Origin: Carcharhinus longimanus
Lineage: Eukaryota
Direction: 5' to 3'
DNA length: 64,000 nucleotides
Assembly (NCBI GenBank): GCA_030264375.1
Contig: JASCQW010000032.1
Coordinates: forward strand, 40,831,265-40,895,264
Position numbers and translations under genes: made by a program. Of this stretch, positions 1 to 12,229 are shown piece by piece. The stretch's first letter is position 1. Each line of letters starts with the position of its first letter. The notes beneath the pieces were generated by a model, which saw only the letters and a list, made by a program, of their open reading frames with translations, made no database searches and was not told where the DNA came from.

Positions 1-79
1 AGGCAGAAAAATGGTTCAGCACAGCCAAGAAGGGCCAAAAGGCCTGTTTCTGTGCTGTAATGTTCTATGGTTCTATGGT
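1..79 (+). mobile_element. 3' tail of a CR1-type LINE or CR1-tailed SINE
   Basis: GGGCCAAAAGGCCTGTTTCTGTGCTGTA followed by a repeated TTCTATG tail, typical of CR1 3' ends. Confidence 0.75.
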
Positions 80-417
80 ACTGTTGAGCGTTAATCAGCA
101 GTGAGAATGAGGTGTCGTGGGGTGTAAACTATTGAACTGCTTTATTTATATTAGCTTTAAAAAAGTAATGGCTTCCCAACTAAGAGCACAGACCTGCAAA
201 AGGGACTGGCACAGGCCATGAGGATACAAGACTACAAAGCCATTTAGTAATGAATTACACCGGTGAATCACAAAGCCTGACACCCAAAGGAACCATTGTA
301 CAAGCTGAAGGCCTGGGGACAGGGCAGGGGACAGCTGAAAATCGATAGGAGGAAGCTGATGACACTCAATGACAGTTGATGAAATTTGATGGCGACCGAG
401 AATAGATAGGCAGTATG

Positions 418-731
418 GCAGCACAATGGTTAGCACTTCTGCCACATAACACTGAGCACCTGGTTCAATTTGGCCTCTGCCTGTGTGGAGTTTGCATGTT
501 CTTTTTGTGTCTGCATGGTTTTCCTCTGGGTGTTCCTGTTTTCTCCCACACTCCAAAGATGTGTGGGTTAGGCTGATTGGCTATGCTAAATTGCCTGTTA
601 GCATCAGGGAGATTATCAGGGTAAATACCTGGGGTTATAGGAATAAGGGCCTCAGTGGGACTGTTGTCAGTGCAGGCCTGATAGGCCGAATAGCCTCCTT
701 CACCACTGTAGGGATCCTATGATGCTATGAT
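418..731 (+). mobile_element. HE1-like (V-domain) tRNA-derived SINE, near full length
   Basis: tRNA-like head (GGCAGCACAATGGTTAGCAC...GGTTCAAT), central GTGGAGTTTGCATGTTCT...TTCCTC.GGGTG..CC domain, CR1-like tail ending CTATGATGCTATGA. Confidence 0.85.
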
Positions 732-1136
732 AGACCATTGGGAACAGGAACAGACCATCCTGGTGAGGGGATGGCAGAAAGGACATGAAGGTAGGAAACT
801 ATTGAAAGCATTTAAAATAAAAAGAATCTAAACATAATTTAACTTAAAAAGCAAACACCAAAACTATCTGAAAGGTTTCAAAAGCCTTCATCATCTGGAC
901 TGGAAATCTCAAAGTTAAAGAGGTAAGAGGGCCAATTATTTTGAAGACGCCAGTGAATTTTCTCATTGTTCTTGACGCATCAATGATGTAAAAACGGTGC
1001 CTGCAATATTTTCTGGCAGGAAAATGACTGCCCAATTTCTACCACTTAATCTAACTTAGCTTAAACATAATGTTGTTTAGAAATTGCTACAGTTTATAAT
1101 GAATGAAACAAGGCTGAACATCTCAAAAATGTTCAA

Positions 1137-1334
1137 ATGATCCGAGCGGGTCAGCATGGATTTGTCAAGGGTGGGAGATGCCTGACAAACCTGATTGAAT
1201 TTTTTGAAAAGGGAACTAACCTGGTAGGAAAGGGAATGTTTATGAATATTATTTATGTAGATTTCCAGAAGGCACTTGATAAAGTCCCACAGAAAAGAGT
1301 GCTAGTTAATAAGAAAGCTTATTGGCTAAGTTAG
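1137..1334 (+). pseudogene. CR1 LINE reverse transcriptase fragment
   Basis: Translation contains QHGFVKG..CLTNLIEFF and YVDFQKALDKVP, matching the CR1 RT motifs QHGF and DFxKAFDxV. Confidence 0.85.
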
Positions 1335-1355
1335 GTTACTGACTGAGCAGAAAGA

Positions 1356-1513
1356 CAGTAAAAAGTCTGACAACACCAGGTTTCAGTCCAGCCAATTTGT
1401 TTGATAGTAAATTCACTAGCTTTCGGGTTAGCCCCGTCGTCAGGTGAATGGAGAGTTCTGGCCTCAGACAGAGCATATAAAGCACAGACAGTTTAGAGAT
1501 TACTGATTAGAAT
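1356..1513 (-). mobile_element. Penelope-like element pseudo-LTR, running into an assembly gap
   Basis: CAGTAA.AAGTCT.ACAACACCAGGTT end shared with the copies at 2697 and 61014; the 61014 copy is linked to a GIY-YIG C-terminus. Confidence 0.8.
1411..1449 (-). ncRNA. Minimal type-I hammerhead ribozyme motif (PLE-associated)
   Basis: Minus strand reads AUUCAC-CUGACGA-C-GGG(GCUAA)CCC-GAAA-GCUA-GUGAAU: 6-bp stem I, intact CUGANGA and GAAA core, 3-bp stem II, palindromic AGCU stem III, CUA cleavage triplet. Confidence 0.75.
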
Positions 1514-1869
1514 NNNNNNNNNNNNNNNNNNNNNNNNNNNNNNNNNNNNNNNNNNNNNNNNNNNNNNNNNNNNNNNNNNNNNNNNNNNNNNNNNNNNNNN
1601 NNNNNNNNNNNNNNNNNNNNNNNNNNNNNNNNNNNNNNNNNNNNNNNNNNNNNNNNNNNNNNNNNNNNNNNNNNNNNNNNNNNNNNNNNNNNNNNNNNNN
1701 NNNNNNNNNNNNNNNNNNNNNNNNNNNNNNNNNNNNNNNNNNNNNNNNNNNNNNNNNNNNNNNNNNNNNNNNNNNNNNNNNNNNNNNNNNNNNNNNNNNN
1801 NNNNNNNNNNNNNNNNNNNNNNNNNNNNNNNNNNNNNNNNNNNNNNNNNNNNNNNNNNNNNNNNNNNNN

Positions 1870-1940
1870 TGAATGGCGGGGCAGGCTCGAAGGGCTAGAT
1901 GGCCTACTCCTGCTCCTATTTCTTATGTTCTTATGTTCTT
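1870..1940 (+). mobile_element. CR1 LINE 3' end
   Basis: GGCAGGCTCGAAGGGC...ATGGCCTACTCCTGCTCCTA followed by a repeated TTCTTATG tail; probably continues the CR1 at 1137 across the PLE and gap. Confidence 0.8.
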
Positions 1941-2140
1941 AATCCTCCTGGCACTAATGTCAATTTAGCAACACCAATCCACCTAACCTGCACATCTTTG
2001 GACTGCGGGAAGAAACCCGAGCACCCAGAGGAAACATATGCAGACATGGGGAGAATGTGCAAACTCCACATGGACAAGCATCTAAGGTTGGAATTGAACT
2101 CATGTCCTTGGCACTACGAGGAGCAGTGCTAACCAAAGCA
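1941..2140 (-). mobile_element. HE1-like SINE, partial
   Basis: Reverse complement of the V-domain (GGAGAATGTGCAAACTCCAC, GGAAGAAACCCGAGCACCCAGAGGAAA) and tRNA-like head. Confidence 0.8.
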
Positions 2141-2271
2141 CCCCTTCCTCCTCTACACCAAATCCCCACTTCTCGCTTCATTCACGATCCACTTAGTTAG
2201 CATCGTGATCTTTGGTTACACTCTGTGCTATAGCTCAGGGCCAATGGAATTAGATTCTATTTCTTCAGAAA

Positions 2272-2415
2272 GGGAAACTGGAGCATCTGGAGTGAACCCA
2301 TGCAGACATGGGGAGAATGTGCAAACTCCACACAGACAGTTACCCGAGACTGGAATTGAACCCAGGTCTCTGGCACTGTGAGACAGCAGTGCTAATAACT
2401 GTGCCACCATGCCGC
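2272..2415 (-). mobile_element. HE1-like SINE, 5' half
   Basis: GGAAACTGGAGCATCTGGAG...GCAAACTCCACACAGACAGT...GGAATTGAACCC...GCACTGTGAGACAGCAGTGCTAA. Confidence 0.8.
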
Positions 2416-2664
2416 CTCTGAAAAATCAGATGGGTTTTTATGACAATTGCTTCACGATAATCACTAGACTTTTAATCCCTCGATTTTATTGCATTCAGAT
2501 TTTGCCATCTGCCGTGGCAGGATTTGAACCTGTGCCTCCAGAGCATTGACCTGGATCACTCATCCAGCAACAATACCACTATGCCACCGCCTCCCCTGGG
2601 TGTTACATGGTATGAATGTTAATGAAACAGGAAGTATACAAAAATGCATGTTATATCTGACTCT

Positions 2665-2901
2665 TGATGTGGAGATGCTCTTGGGCCGAGGTGAGCACAG
2701 TAAGAAGTCTCACAACACCAGGTTAAAGTCCAACAGGTTTATTTGGAATCACAGGCTTTCGGAGCGCTGCTCCTTCGTCACCTGATGAAGGGTAACCTGA
2801 AGGAGCCTTTCATCACCTGATGAAGGAACAGCGCTTCAAAAGCTTGTGATTCCAAATAAACGTGTTGGACTTTAACCTGGTGTTGTGAGACTTCTTACTG
2901 T
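2665..2901. mobile_element. Short fold-back Penelope-like insertion (two inverted pseudo-LTR ends)
   Basis: 2697-2780 and ~2816-2901 are inverted repeats; one-sided tail at 2665-2696; probable TSD TATCTGACTCTTG (2654-2666) / TATTTGAATCTTG (2901-2913). Confidence 0.8.
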
Positions 2902-5464
2902 ATTTGAATCTTGGTTTCTGCATCATAGCTAACTTAATCCATCTTCAATGGGTACCTTCCAAACATTGTATCTCATATATGATTTCTGGTTCAGTTAACT
3001 TACTCAAGTTAGGATATGAATGCTTTTTGTGGCTTCCCCAGTCCAATGGGTCATGAAGAGTTAACAATTATCTTTATCAACTTGTTCTGTAAATCACATG
3101 AGTATTTCCGACTTAGGTTTGGCTGATTAATATCCTCTAACAAAATAACTTTGAATTTTCACACATCCTATACCTGAAACAATCCAAATTCCTTTTTATT
3201 TGGATTTGCTGCTCTGTAGCATATTATTAGTTAACTTTATTGTCTTCACGTTAAGGAGCTCTGACCTGGGTAGCTGATTCAGTGGATGAATGTTTGTAGA
3301 GAAGCCTCTGGCAACAAGTAATGATGGTGGAGGAGAGCACCAAGCAGGGGAATTGGTCAGTTCTTGTAGGACATTGAGCAATGTCTTTGGCAAGCTGAGG
3401 GGTGGGTCCATATGCCTTAAGGTGAGAGAGAAAGGAGCCAGAGCAAAGCTAGGACTTGTGATGCTTTCCACAGGCTAAGCCTCAATCAGAAGGACTTAGG
3501 GCACTCAAGCATCATCAGAGAAAAACCATCTTTCACCCACATTCACTGCTGGAGTTGAGGGTAGTTTGAAGCGTCTGAGGGTGACTGAAGAGCCAAGAAG
3601 GGGAATCAGCCTAGAGAGACTGACTCTCTCGGTCCTGATTCCTGGCTGACAAGACACATGTGAGTGTATGAGCGAGAGACAGTCAGGATCTGGCCATAGG
3701 ACAAGCCTGAACATGCCTGTTGAATGCTGTGCTGAGGAAGCAAGGTCCCAACTAGGACAGAGATCTGCAGAATTCTCCATGAATGGCTGTTTCTTGGAGT
3801 TACCCTTTCCCTTGACAGTTTGTATGGTTTTGATGACAGTGGAATAAAGAAAAATAAATTTTCCCGAATATCAGCAAAGGTCAATAAAAGGTGAGAAAAG
3901 CAGCTTTGAAACTATCATCACCAAATGGGACTTCCTCAGCCACATCATTCGGGACGTAGTGAAACAAGTGGCAACAGGCATTTCCCATAACAACATGTTG
4001 GCAGGCTCTTAGCTTTTTGAAGACCTGGATATCATTCTTAAAGGCCTCTTCAGTGCACAAATGTTCATTTGGAACCCTCCCTGCCCCACATGCACCTCCT
4101 CTCTACACAAACCCCCAGCCCTGCCTGGGCACTGACTGGGCACAGCCCCATGGCATTGCACCTTGGAATTTTTTTAAATTCAGTAATGGGATATGGGTGT
4201 CATTGGCTGGCCAGCACTTACTGCTCATCACTAAGTGCAAGAGGAATACCAGGGGACAGGGTCCAGTTGTGGCACTCTTCCCCCAAAGTGACACGNNNNN
4301 NNNNNNNNNNNNNNNNNNNNNNNNNNNNNNNNNNNNNNNNNNNNNNNNNNNNNNNNNNNNNNNNNNNNNNNNNNNNNNNNNNNNNNNNNNNNNNNCACTC
4401 GTCCCCCAAAGTGACACGCTCACCTGAGCTCCTTTGAGAAGTCTGTTTGCCAGATGCACAGCCTGGGAGATCAGTCATGATCCATGCTGGTTTGTCCTCA
4501 CACTAACGTGAATGAACTTTCTTATGGGAGGGGATAATTCAGGATGAGAGACTGGATAATTAGGTGTTAATGAATGTTACATGATTGGTGAGGGGAATTG
4601 CATCACACTTCTACATCACCATGAAACTCAACTTGCATATCTCACGAGATTCTCCACCAATTTTCCATTGTCGCCGAATCCACCCGATTAAAATGGGAAC
4701 TGAAATTCCCAGCTCTTGTTTTTTAATTTTGTGCAGATCAGGTGTTTAAATCGCACCTTTCTAACCTCTTCAATGTTCCAGCTATAATAAGTTATTCAGC
4801 CTTCTTTCCTGTCCACCTTTCCCAAATAATCTATATTCTGATACGTGTTATTACTCTTTGATGTTATCAACATTCCTCAAGGTGCTAATATTACAAACAA
4901 CAAAGAACAAAATCAGCCCGGGAAACAGGCCCTTCGGCCCAATGAGCCCGCGCTGCCATCTCAACACCACCAGTCCACCTCTCTACCCATGACCCCTATC
5001 TAATGTTTTATTGCATCAAATTCTTCACAAATCAGGCGTTTTATTCCTCGTGCCTCTCACATTCATTTATACACAATTTAGTGTACAATTTCCTCCAATG
5101 TCTGCATACATTAGCGTCGAATTTCAGGATATTTCTGAGATTTTTTGTTATTTGCCTGTTTCATGTTTTTCACTCCCCCAGTGGAATTTGTTTCTTCCCT
5201 GCATTCTCCCTATCCAGTGGTTAAATGGTTCTTGATATGTGTCTTAGCATTCAGAAAGCTTTCATTGTTCCTGTTTTGTTTTGGACTGCCCCATCTACCT
5301 TCTATCCTGCACATCGCTTTCATCTCATGCTGCTACCCACTTATTTGTATTGTGATGATCTCTCCTCCATCAATAACACCGATATACCAGAGAACTTGTA
5401 TCCTCTATCGTTGAGTTTTAAAATAATCATCAATATAAGAAATTTAAATGATTGAAGGAAAGAG

Positions 5465-6000
5465 TTTTAAAAACTGTCATCCAGGTGCAATCCATCCAAT
5501 CTTGCAGGAGCCATGGACAATCTTGATACCTGTGAGTGCTGCAAGATGTAAGCATCATGTGAGCTGCCATTGTAATAGGGACAATCTTGACAAATCTGTG
5601 TCCTGTGGTCACAGACGATCTGCACATCTGTTGGGTAGCACCTTAATAACCACGAGTACAATCTACTGCATCCTGGATGGTGGGAACCTAGCCACACTGT
5701 AAAGCCTCAGGTTCTTTCCACCTGTCTGTATGGTAGTGGATAAGTGTACAGACAGGTCTGAAGATAGCACCAGCTTGAAGTGTGCAGTTGGTTGACACAC
5801 ATCGCTCAGATCCCTCGCTGAGACCTGAACAGAACTGGAGGTGTAGATGTTGAGGGCTGCTGTGATCTTCAATGCCATTGGCATGGGGTGTTCTACACAG
5901 CTAGAGGTGATTTCCAGACCAATCATGTGGCATATTGCTATCACTGAGTCCCTAGAGAGGTGGAGTCTCCTGCGGCTTTGGACCTCGGAAATGTGCTGTT
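5465..6000 (-). pseudogene. PIF/Harbinger (HARBI1-like) DDE transposase remnant
   Basis: Minus-strand translations PMALKITAALNIYTSSSVQ..RDLSDVCQ and DVQIVCDH...GSSHDAYILQHSQV match the Harbinger nuclease motifs (VQxVCD, PGSxHD); frameshifted. Confidence 0.75.
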
Positions 6001-6052
6001 TGTAGAATTGAGATTAGGAGGTCTCGGAGGTTCAACAAACTCAAGAGCTTTA

Positions 6053-6177
6053 TAGAATCATAGAAACCCTACAGTACAGAAAGAGGCCATTCAGCCCATC
6101 AAGTCAGCACTGACCACAATCCCACCCAGGCCCTACCCCCATATCCCTACATATTTTACCCACTGATCCCTCTAACA
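6053..6177 (-). mobile_element. HE1/CR1-type SINE tail fragment
   Basis: ATAGAATCATAGAAACCCTACAGTACAGAAAGAGGCCATTCAGCCCATC...ACAATCCCACCCAGGCCCTA. Confidence 0.75.
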
Positions 6178-6179
6178 CC

Positions 6180-9100
6180 AGAGAGTCTTGTGTTATTGAG
6201 TGCGCAGCACTCCTGTACATGAGCAGGAATTGACTCAAACATTTGGTCAGTGAACCTGGTTTCCTAGATGCTTTTAATGTGTGCTTCATCATGTGCACAC
6301 TATGTTCTGCTCAGCTGTTCTTAGCAGGATGGGACGGTTCACATCTAATATGTTGTATTCTGTTTTCCTTCAAGAAGTTTTCAAATTCTTGAAATATTGA
6401 ATGGTGGTCCTTTATCACTCATCAATCGCTGATGGAAACTGAATCTGCTAAAGATTTCTCCCAACCTCTGAGCCATTCTGATGAGGTCGACTCCGTCGAT
6501 GACAACTTCTGGTCATTTTGAATGAGCATCGACATTAATTAGAGACATGCATCTTTCAAACAGTCCTGAATAATCAATGTGTACCCATTGCCAAGCCTCT
6601 TCTGACCATTCCCATGGATGCAATGGTGCTAACAGTGGCAGATTTCGCACCTTTATGCAAAATGAACACATTCCCACTTTCTCCTCTATTTCAATGTCTA
6701 ATCCAGGCCACCAGAAATAGCCACTCGCTATCTCCTTCATTCTCACAATTCCACAATGACCCTCATGTAATTGGTTAAACATCCTGCTTGTACAGATAAC
6801 TCAAATCTTTGAGTAGAGTATGGCTTCAATTCAGGGTTTATTCCTGAGGTCTTAATTGAAGGACCATGTCCATTACCTCGGAGAGTATTGGATCACTTTG
6901 TGTGTACCTCTTCACTTGTCCTGAGGTGACAGGAGTATTGTCTACCTGTTAAAAGTCAAAGATACTTCCACTCAAACTATTTGTTGACAGACTATTTGGA
7001 AAGGGTAGTCGGAAAAGAATATTTGTATTATCATGAAGGTTTTACTGTTTACTCTTGAATAGTATGTGTGTGTGCTGACAACAGCGATGGTCATCTCTTC
7101 ATTCGGCTTACTGTCTATGATCGAATCCTTGCATGCAGTCCAAAAATTGTTTTTAATGGATGATGGCCCATCAAAGATGTGAATTTTCTCCTGTACAGGG
7201 ATTGATAGAACCTTTTTATCCCAAGGCTTCTTTCTCGATTTGCACATAATTGCTTTTGGCTTTACTCAATGTTTGTCACTTGAAAGTACGATGTGGGATA
7301 TCACCACCCCAACACCATAGGGTGATGTGTCACACAGTAACTGTGAGAGCAGGTTTAGATCAAAGTGTGTCAGTTCTTCTGACTTGAGCAATGCTTCTTG
7401 GCTTGCACGAACACTTTTTCACATTGATCCACTTTCACTTTTTATTTTGACACAGTAGATTATGCAATGATTTCAAAATGGTCGCCAAATTGAGGACAAA
7501 CCTTGTGCAGTAATTCAGTAAGCCTAAGAAGGATCAAAAGTGGTTAACATTCTGAAGTGCAGGTGCCTCATCAATAGTTTTGACCTTGGAATGAGACTTG
7601 TGAAGTTCCTTAGCGTTGATTACATGTCCCAAATATTTGATTAAAGATGGAAAAAAAATTACATTTGTCCTTTCGGAATCTCAATCCATAATCCTCCAAT
7701 CTTTGTAGTGTGGCACCCAGGTTGCAAAGTTGTTCTTCTTCATCTTCACCAGTAACTAGAATGTCATCCAGGCGACACTGGGTTTAAAATTTGGCCCATT
7801 GCTCTTTGGAATCATGGCAAAGCTGAAATGATGCCAAATGGTAATGTACTGTGACGGAATAACCCTTTCCATGTCACAATCATCAGGAACTGTTGGGAAC
7901 ACTCATCTAGATTCATTTGCTTGACTGAGGTTGATCAGCCTACCCTGCAAATTGGTCATCGACCAGGGATAGAGAGTATTGTTCCACACAAAGTACAAGA
8001 TTAATAGTTATTTTGAAATCACCACAAATACGTATGAATCCATCTTTTTTCTTTACTGGTCTACTCAGTTAGCCCATTCATTATCATTGAGAGGCTCCAG
8101 AACTCCATCTTCATCAGTCATTCTAAGTCCACCTCTATTTTTAGTCAGATTGCAGAGGGTACCAACCTTGCCTTTAAACATTTTGCCTGCCTCCCTTGTT
8201 TGATCTTCAACTTCACTGAGATTTCCTTCATAAAATCTTGTTCACCATTGAATAAACAGCGTATTTCTTCAGGATTTTGGTAAGGCCTTATTCTGAATCA
8301 GTCATTAGGTTTACTTTGGCCCAGTTGAGTCAAATCTTTTCCAACCCAGTTCTATCCATTAGTGCCAGATAACTTCCTTTGACTACGTGTAAGGACAAAT
8401 CTGCTGTCTGTCCATTTAATTGTACTGCTATGTCAATGATCCTTCAATGGAACCATTTCTCTTGTATAAATTTTTAACACTATTTTCAAGGGTTTCAGAG
8501 GAATATATCAGAGTTTCTTTGTAGATAGTCTCTGGTACCAGAAGCCTGCTTTCCACCTCCATTTTACTGGCTGTCTATCCAGCAGTGCAGTGACCCAGTA
8601 TTTATTTTTAACACCAGCAATGGCTAACACATTCAATGACAATTTGTCCTCAGGCTGTGCATCAAGTCTCTCTTCTTGTCCTTGTTGTGCTACATGGACA
8701 CTTTTTCCTTTGTTCTGTTGCTTTATTTGGCTCTTGCTTTTTGCTACTGCTGCCTGAACCTGCTTCTTTTTCCAACATATACGCTCAATGTGTCTCGTTC
8801 TTCCACAGTTTCTGGATGTGGTATTTTTACACCAACAATCTGCTGCTGAGTGCTTGGTCTCTGCACATCTATGGCAAATACGAATCTATGTTTGCATTTG
8901 AATTTTGCCAACATCTTGTGAATCCTTTTGTTTGAACTCAACTGCTGAGCTTCTTTGGCTGCTACCTCCATTGATACAGCAACTTCCATGGGCTTTCTTC
9001 AAAGTCAGGTTGCCCTTGGTTAACAATTGCTTTTGAATTATTTTGTATTGTTTAATACATCCCCGAGCTTGCGGTGCTCTGTCAGTCTTTTCAGTACAGC

Positions 9101-9900
9101 CACAAATTATGCTATTGATTCCCCATCTTCCTGATTGCATTTATGAAATCTAAACCTTCCTGCAATGACTAAAACTTTTGGTGAATAGTGGCAATGCAAA
9201 ACTTCCACTATTTCTTCATATATCTTTGTACCTGGCTTTGCCGGCTACACCAGACTCCTGAGGAGGTTAAATCTTTCCTCCCCCATTACGCTCAGACATA
9301 TGGGCACTTCTATATTCTTTGTTATCTTTTAGCTTGTACAAAATGGTCAGACCATTCCATATGTGAGCTCCATTGCTCTGTATTTTCATCAAACAATCCC
9401 ACAGCACCAGAACCTCTCCCCATTTTCTCTCTGTGGAGGGACCTGTGTGTGTACGAAGTGTGACGAATTTCTGGCACTACTTTGCTTTTCTTCCCTTAAA
9501 ACAAGATACAACCTGAGCTTCAGCCTGTTTTTCTTGTTTTAAACAGCCCCAGCTCTAGATTTGCTGCTGCAGAGTAATTGTTACTCATGGTGACTGAGTT
9601 CATTCTGGCCAGAGCATGTGGAGAACCTCTCTCAAAGTTCCTATCTTTGAATGTTTCAATACTTTTCTTTCCTCCCCATTGATTGGAAGCACTTTTCAAC
9701 ATCCTTGTTGCCCGTTTTTTGCACATGGTGTTTGCAGGATTAAGACTAGGAGGCCTCAATGGTTCAACAAACGAAGTTGCTTTAATAGAGATGTGTTTGA
9801 TATAGGCTGCAAATCTGTTACAGTTACCCACACAAATGATCAATCATGTCATTTCTGGTGTATTATTTTAAGTGCCCTGTTCAGTGTCAATGTTGCTGGT
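6180..9900 (-). mobile_element. Degenerate Ty3/Gypsy LTR retrotransposon (gag-pol remnants)
   Basis: Integrase zinc-finger region LHEGHCGIVRMKEIA.GYFWWPGLD..IE..V..C..C and PWEW...WQWVHIDY (6513-6782); RT, protease and gag remnants further upstream; many stops and frameshifts; LTR boundary approximate. Confidence 0.8.
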
Positions 9901-11769
9901 AAGCAATCAGTATAAATATATAAATATGACAACAGGACAGCTGGAGGACTATCTGTATACTCTAGCCACTGGGTAATAACATCTTTCTGGACCCCCCACC
10001 TTGACCTCCCTGCTGGCCCTGCATCAACTGAGTCAGTGTTTCTCCCGAGGATGCTGACCATGCTCACCTGGCCTCTTCCTGCTCCTGCTCCTCAGAGGAG
10101 ATTCCATTAGACGAATATACTATCCTCATTAGATCAGATGCAGAGGACCAGTGCCTTGCAAATCAGAGAGCACTATGCCGCAATTCTTCAAGAAACATTC
10201 CAGGGAAGATCAGATTGAGCCAAAATTTGCATGGGCAGCATATAGTTGGGTCTATTGGCTTGTCAACAGCCTTAATTGGCCCTTTAGTTGTTGGTGGGAG
10301 CACATCTGACTCATGCGCACCCTCCCGCCAATTGCAAAATTGTGCACACGCATGATGATGTTGGGAAGACCATCCAATGTAATTTGACATTATTTTATAA
10401 TCAGTCAGGTTCAATGCACACCCAACCTCCAAACATAAAATGTTGGCCATGTATTTATGGGCTGCATAATATTAAATGGTCTACACATTTAGTTATAGCC
10501 TGCTGTTTTGGTTTCACATTCCTCCAAAGAACTAACAATCAAAGCATTGTCTTCACATTAATTACTCTTGACATGTTATTCACATGTGTCTATATTGGAA
10601 CAAGGATTTAGGAATTTCTAAACTTCCCACTCCTAACTACAGAAAGGATGTTATTCACATCTGCAAAAATATTTTTCAATTAATTTTCAGCGTGTAAGCA
10701 TCACTGACAAGGTTGGATTTTATTGTCCATGTTACTCTGAGAAATTGTTGGGGAGCTGCCTTCTTGTACTGCTCCAGTCAGTAAATAGTGTGGTTTGATA
10801 CAACTAAATGACTTACAAGCTACTTCAGAGGACAGTTAAATATTCACGCTGCCAGTGTGAAACTAGAATCACATCTAGGCTGGACCAGATAAAGACAGCA
10901 ACAAAGTAGTNNNNNNNNNNNNNNNNNNNNNNNNNNNNNNNNNNNNNNNNNNNNNNNNNNNNNNNNNNNNNNNNNNNNNNNNNNNNNNNNNNNNNNNNNN
11001 NNNNNNNNNNNNNNNNNNNNNNNNNNNNNNNNNNNNNNNNNNNNNNNNNNNNNNNNNNNNNNNNNNNNNNNNNNNNNNNNNNNNNNNNNNNNNNNNNNNN
11101 NNNNNNNNNNNNNNNNNNNNNNNNNNNNNNNNNNNNNNNNNNNNNNNNNNNNNNNNNNNNNNNNNNNNNNNNNNNNNNNNNNNNNNNNNNNNNNNNNNNN
11201 NNNNNNNNNNNNNNNNNNNNNNNNNNNNNNNNNNNNNNNNNNNNNNNNNNNNNNNNNNNNNNNNNNNNNNNNNNNNNNNACTCAAATCAGCTTTTATTTT
11301 CAGGCTAAATTCATATTTTCAAACTATCATGATGAGATTTGAACATATGAGTAACATAACCATTGTGATGCTTCTGTCAGCAGCCTTTTGAATGGATGTT
11401 CGGATGATTGCTTGGTGCTGGGCAGAACAATAGATGTTACTTTAGGTTAACGTAACTTATTTAAAACAGATAGGCTATAATGCACATATCGGACCTACTT
11501 CAGTTAAACTTAAACCAAAAATAGAAATGGACCATGTTACATATGTTAGGATCAAGAGGAATTAAATGCTGGTGTAATCTCACTCAATTTCACCATCCAC
11601 ATACAAAAAAGCTTTGCAAAGGAGTATGTCAGCAACATAACAAGACATCTCTAAATTTATGACAGATAAAGAAGCATCACATCTCAGGACTTTCTTAAAA
11701 TAATTTTCTCCCATCATGAATTTTGAAATTGAGTTAAGTTTCAGACTCAGATTTTTATTCTCTGTTCAG

Positions 11770-11817
11770 AAACGCTGAGACGGGAGAATTTGGAATCAAA
11801 CAATGATAGTGGAATTG
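11770..11817 (+). CDS. Putative 48-nt internal exon (unknown gene)
   Basis: Acceptor TTTTTATTCTCTGTTCAG, donor GTGAGC; only the phase-1 frame is open (xTLRRENLESNNDSGI). Confidence 0.3.
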
Positions 11818-11989
11818 GTGAGCAGCCTTTAAAAAGGGCAAACATCAATGTGAGCAGGCAGCACTGGGAGAAGTAGATCGCTAGCAAAATGGGTTACAGT
11901 GCAACTCAGGCCCAAGTTTGGCACTATTACATTGCAAGGTGGCGCAACAAAAAAAGGGAAATACATCACGGCTGGTCAGGCACACTAAG

Positions 11990-12170
11990 GAAGAATTTAG
12001 CATAGCCAGTGCATCTTTTGAACTGTGGCAGGAAACTGGAGCACCCGGGAGAAACCCACACAGGCATGGGGAGAATGTTCAGACCCTGCACAGACAGTGA
12101 CCCAAGTCAGGAATTGAATCTGGGTCCCTGGCACTGGGAGGCAGCAGCGCTAACCATTGTGCCACCATGC
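11990..12170 (-). mobile_element. HE1-like SINE
   Basis: GGAAACTGGAGCACCCGGGAGAAACCCAC...GGAATTGAATCTGGGTCCCTGGCACTGGGAGGCAGCAGCGCTAACCA. Confidence 0.75.
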
Positions 12171-12229
12171 TGCATGACTAGGAGGAGTGGGGTGAATGTT
12201 TGTTTTCCACCAGGACCACTCAGTTCCTG

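Noticed and set aside
2209-2230. TCTTTGGTTA match to the miR-9 5' end
   Set aside because: Only 10 nt match and there is no precursor hairpin
3196-3884. GC-balanced stretch with several ~90-aa ORFs
   Set aside because: In-frame stops separate the ORFs, there is no recognisable domain and no consistent splice sites; probably decayed TE
4272-4418. Direct repeat CACTC.TCCCCCAAAGTGACACG across a gap
   Set aside because: Flanks a 100-N placeholder gap; most likely an unmerged contig overlap
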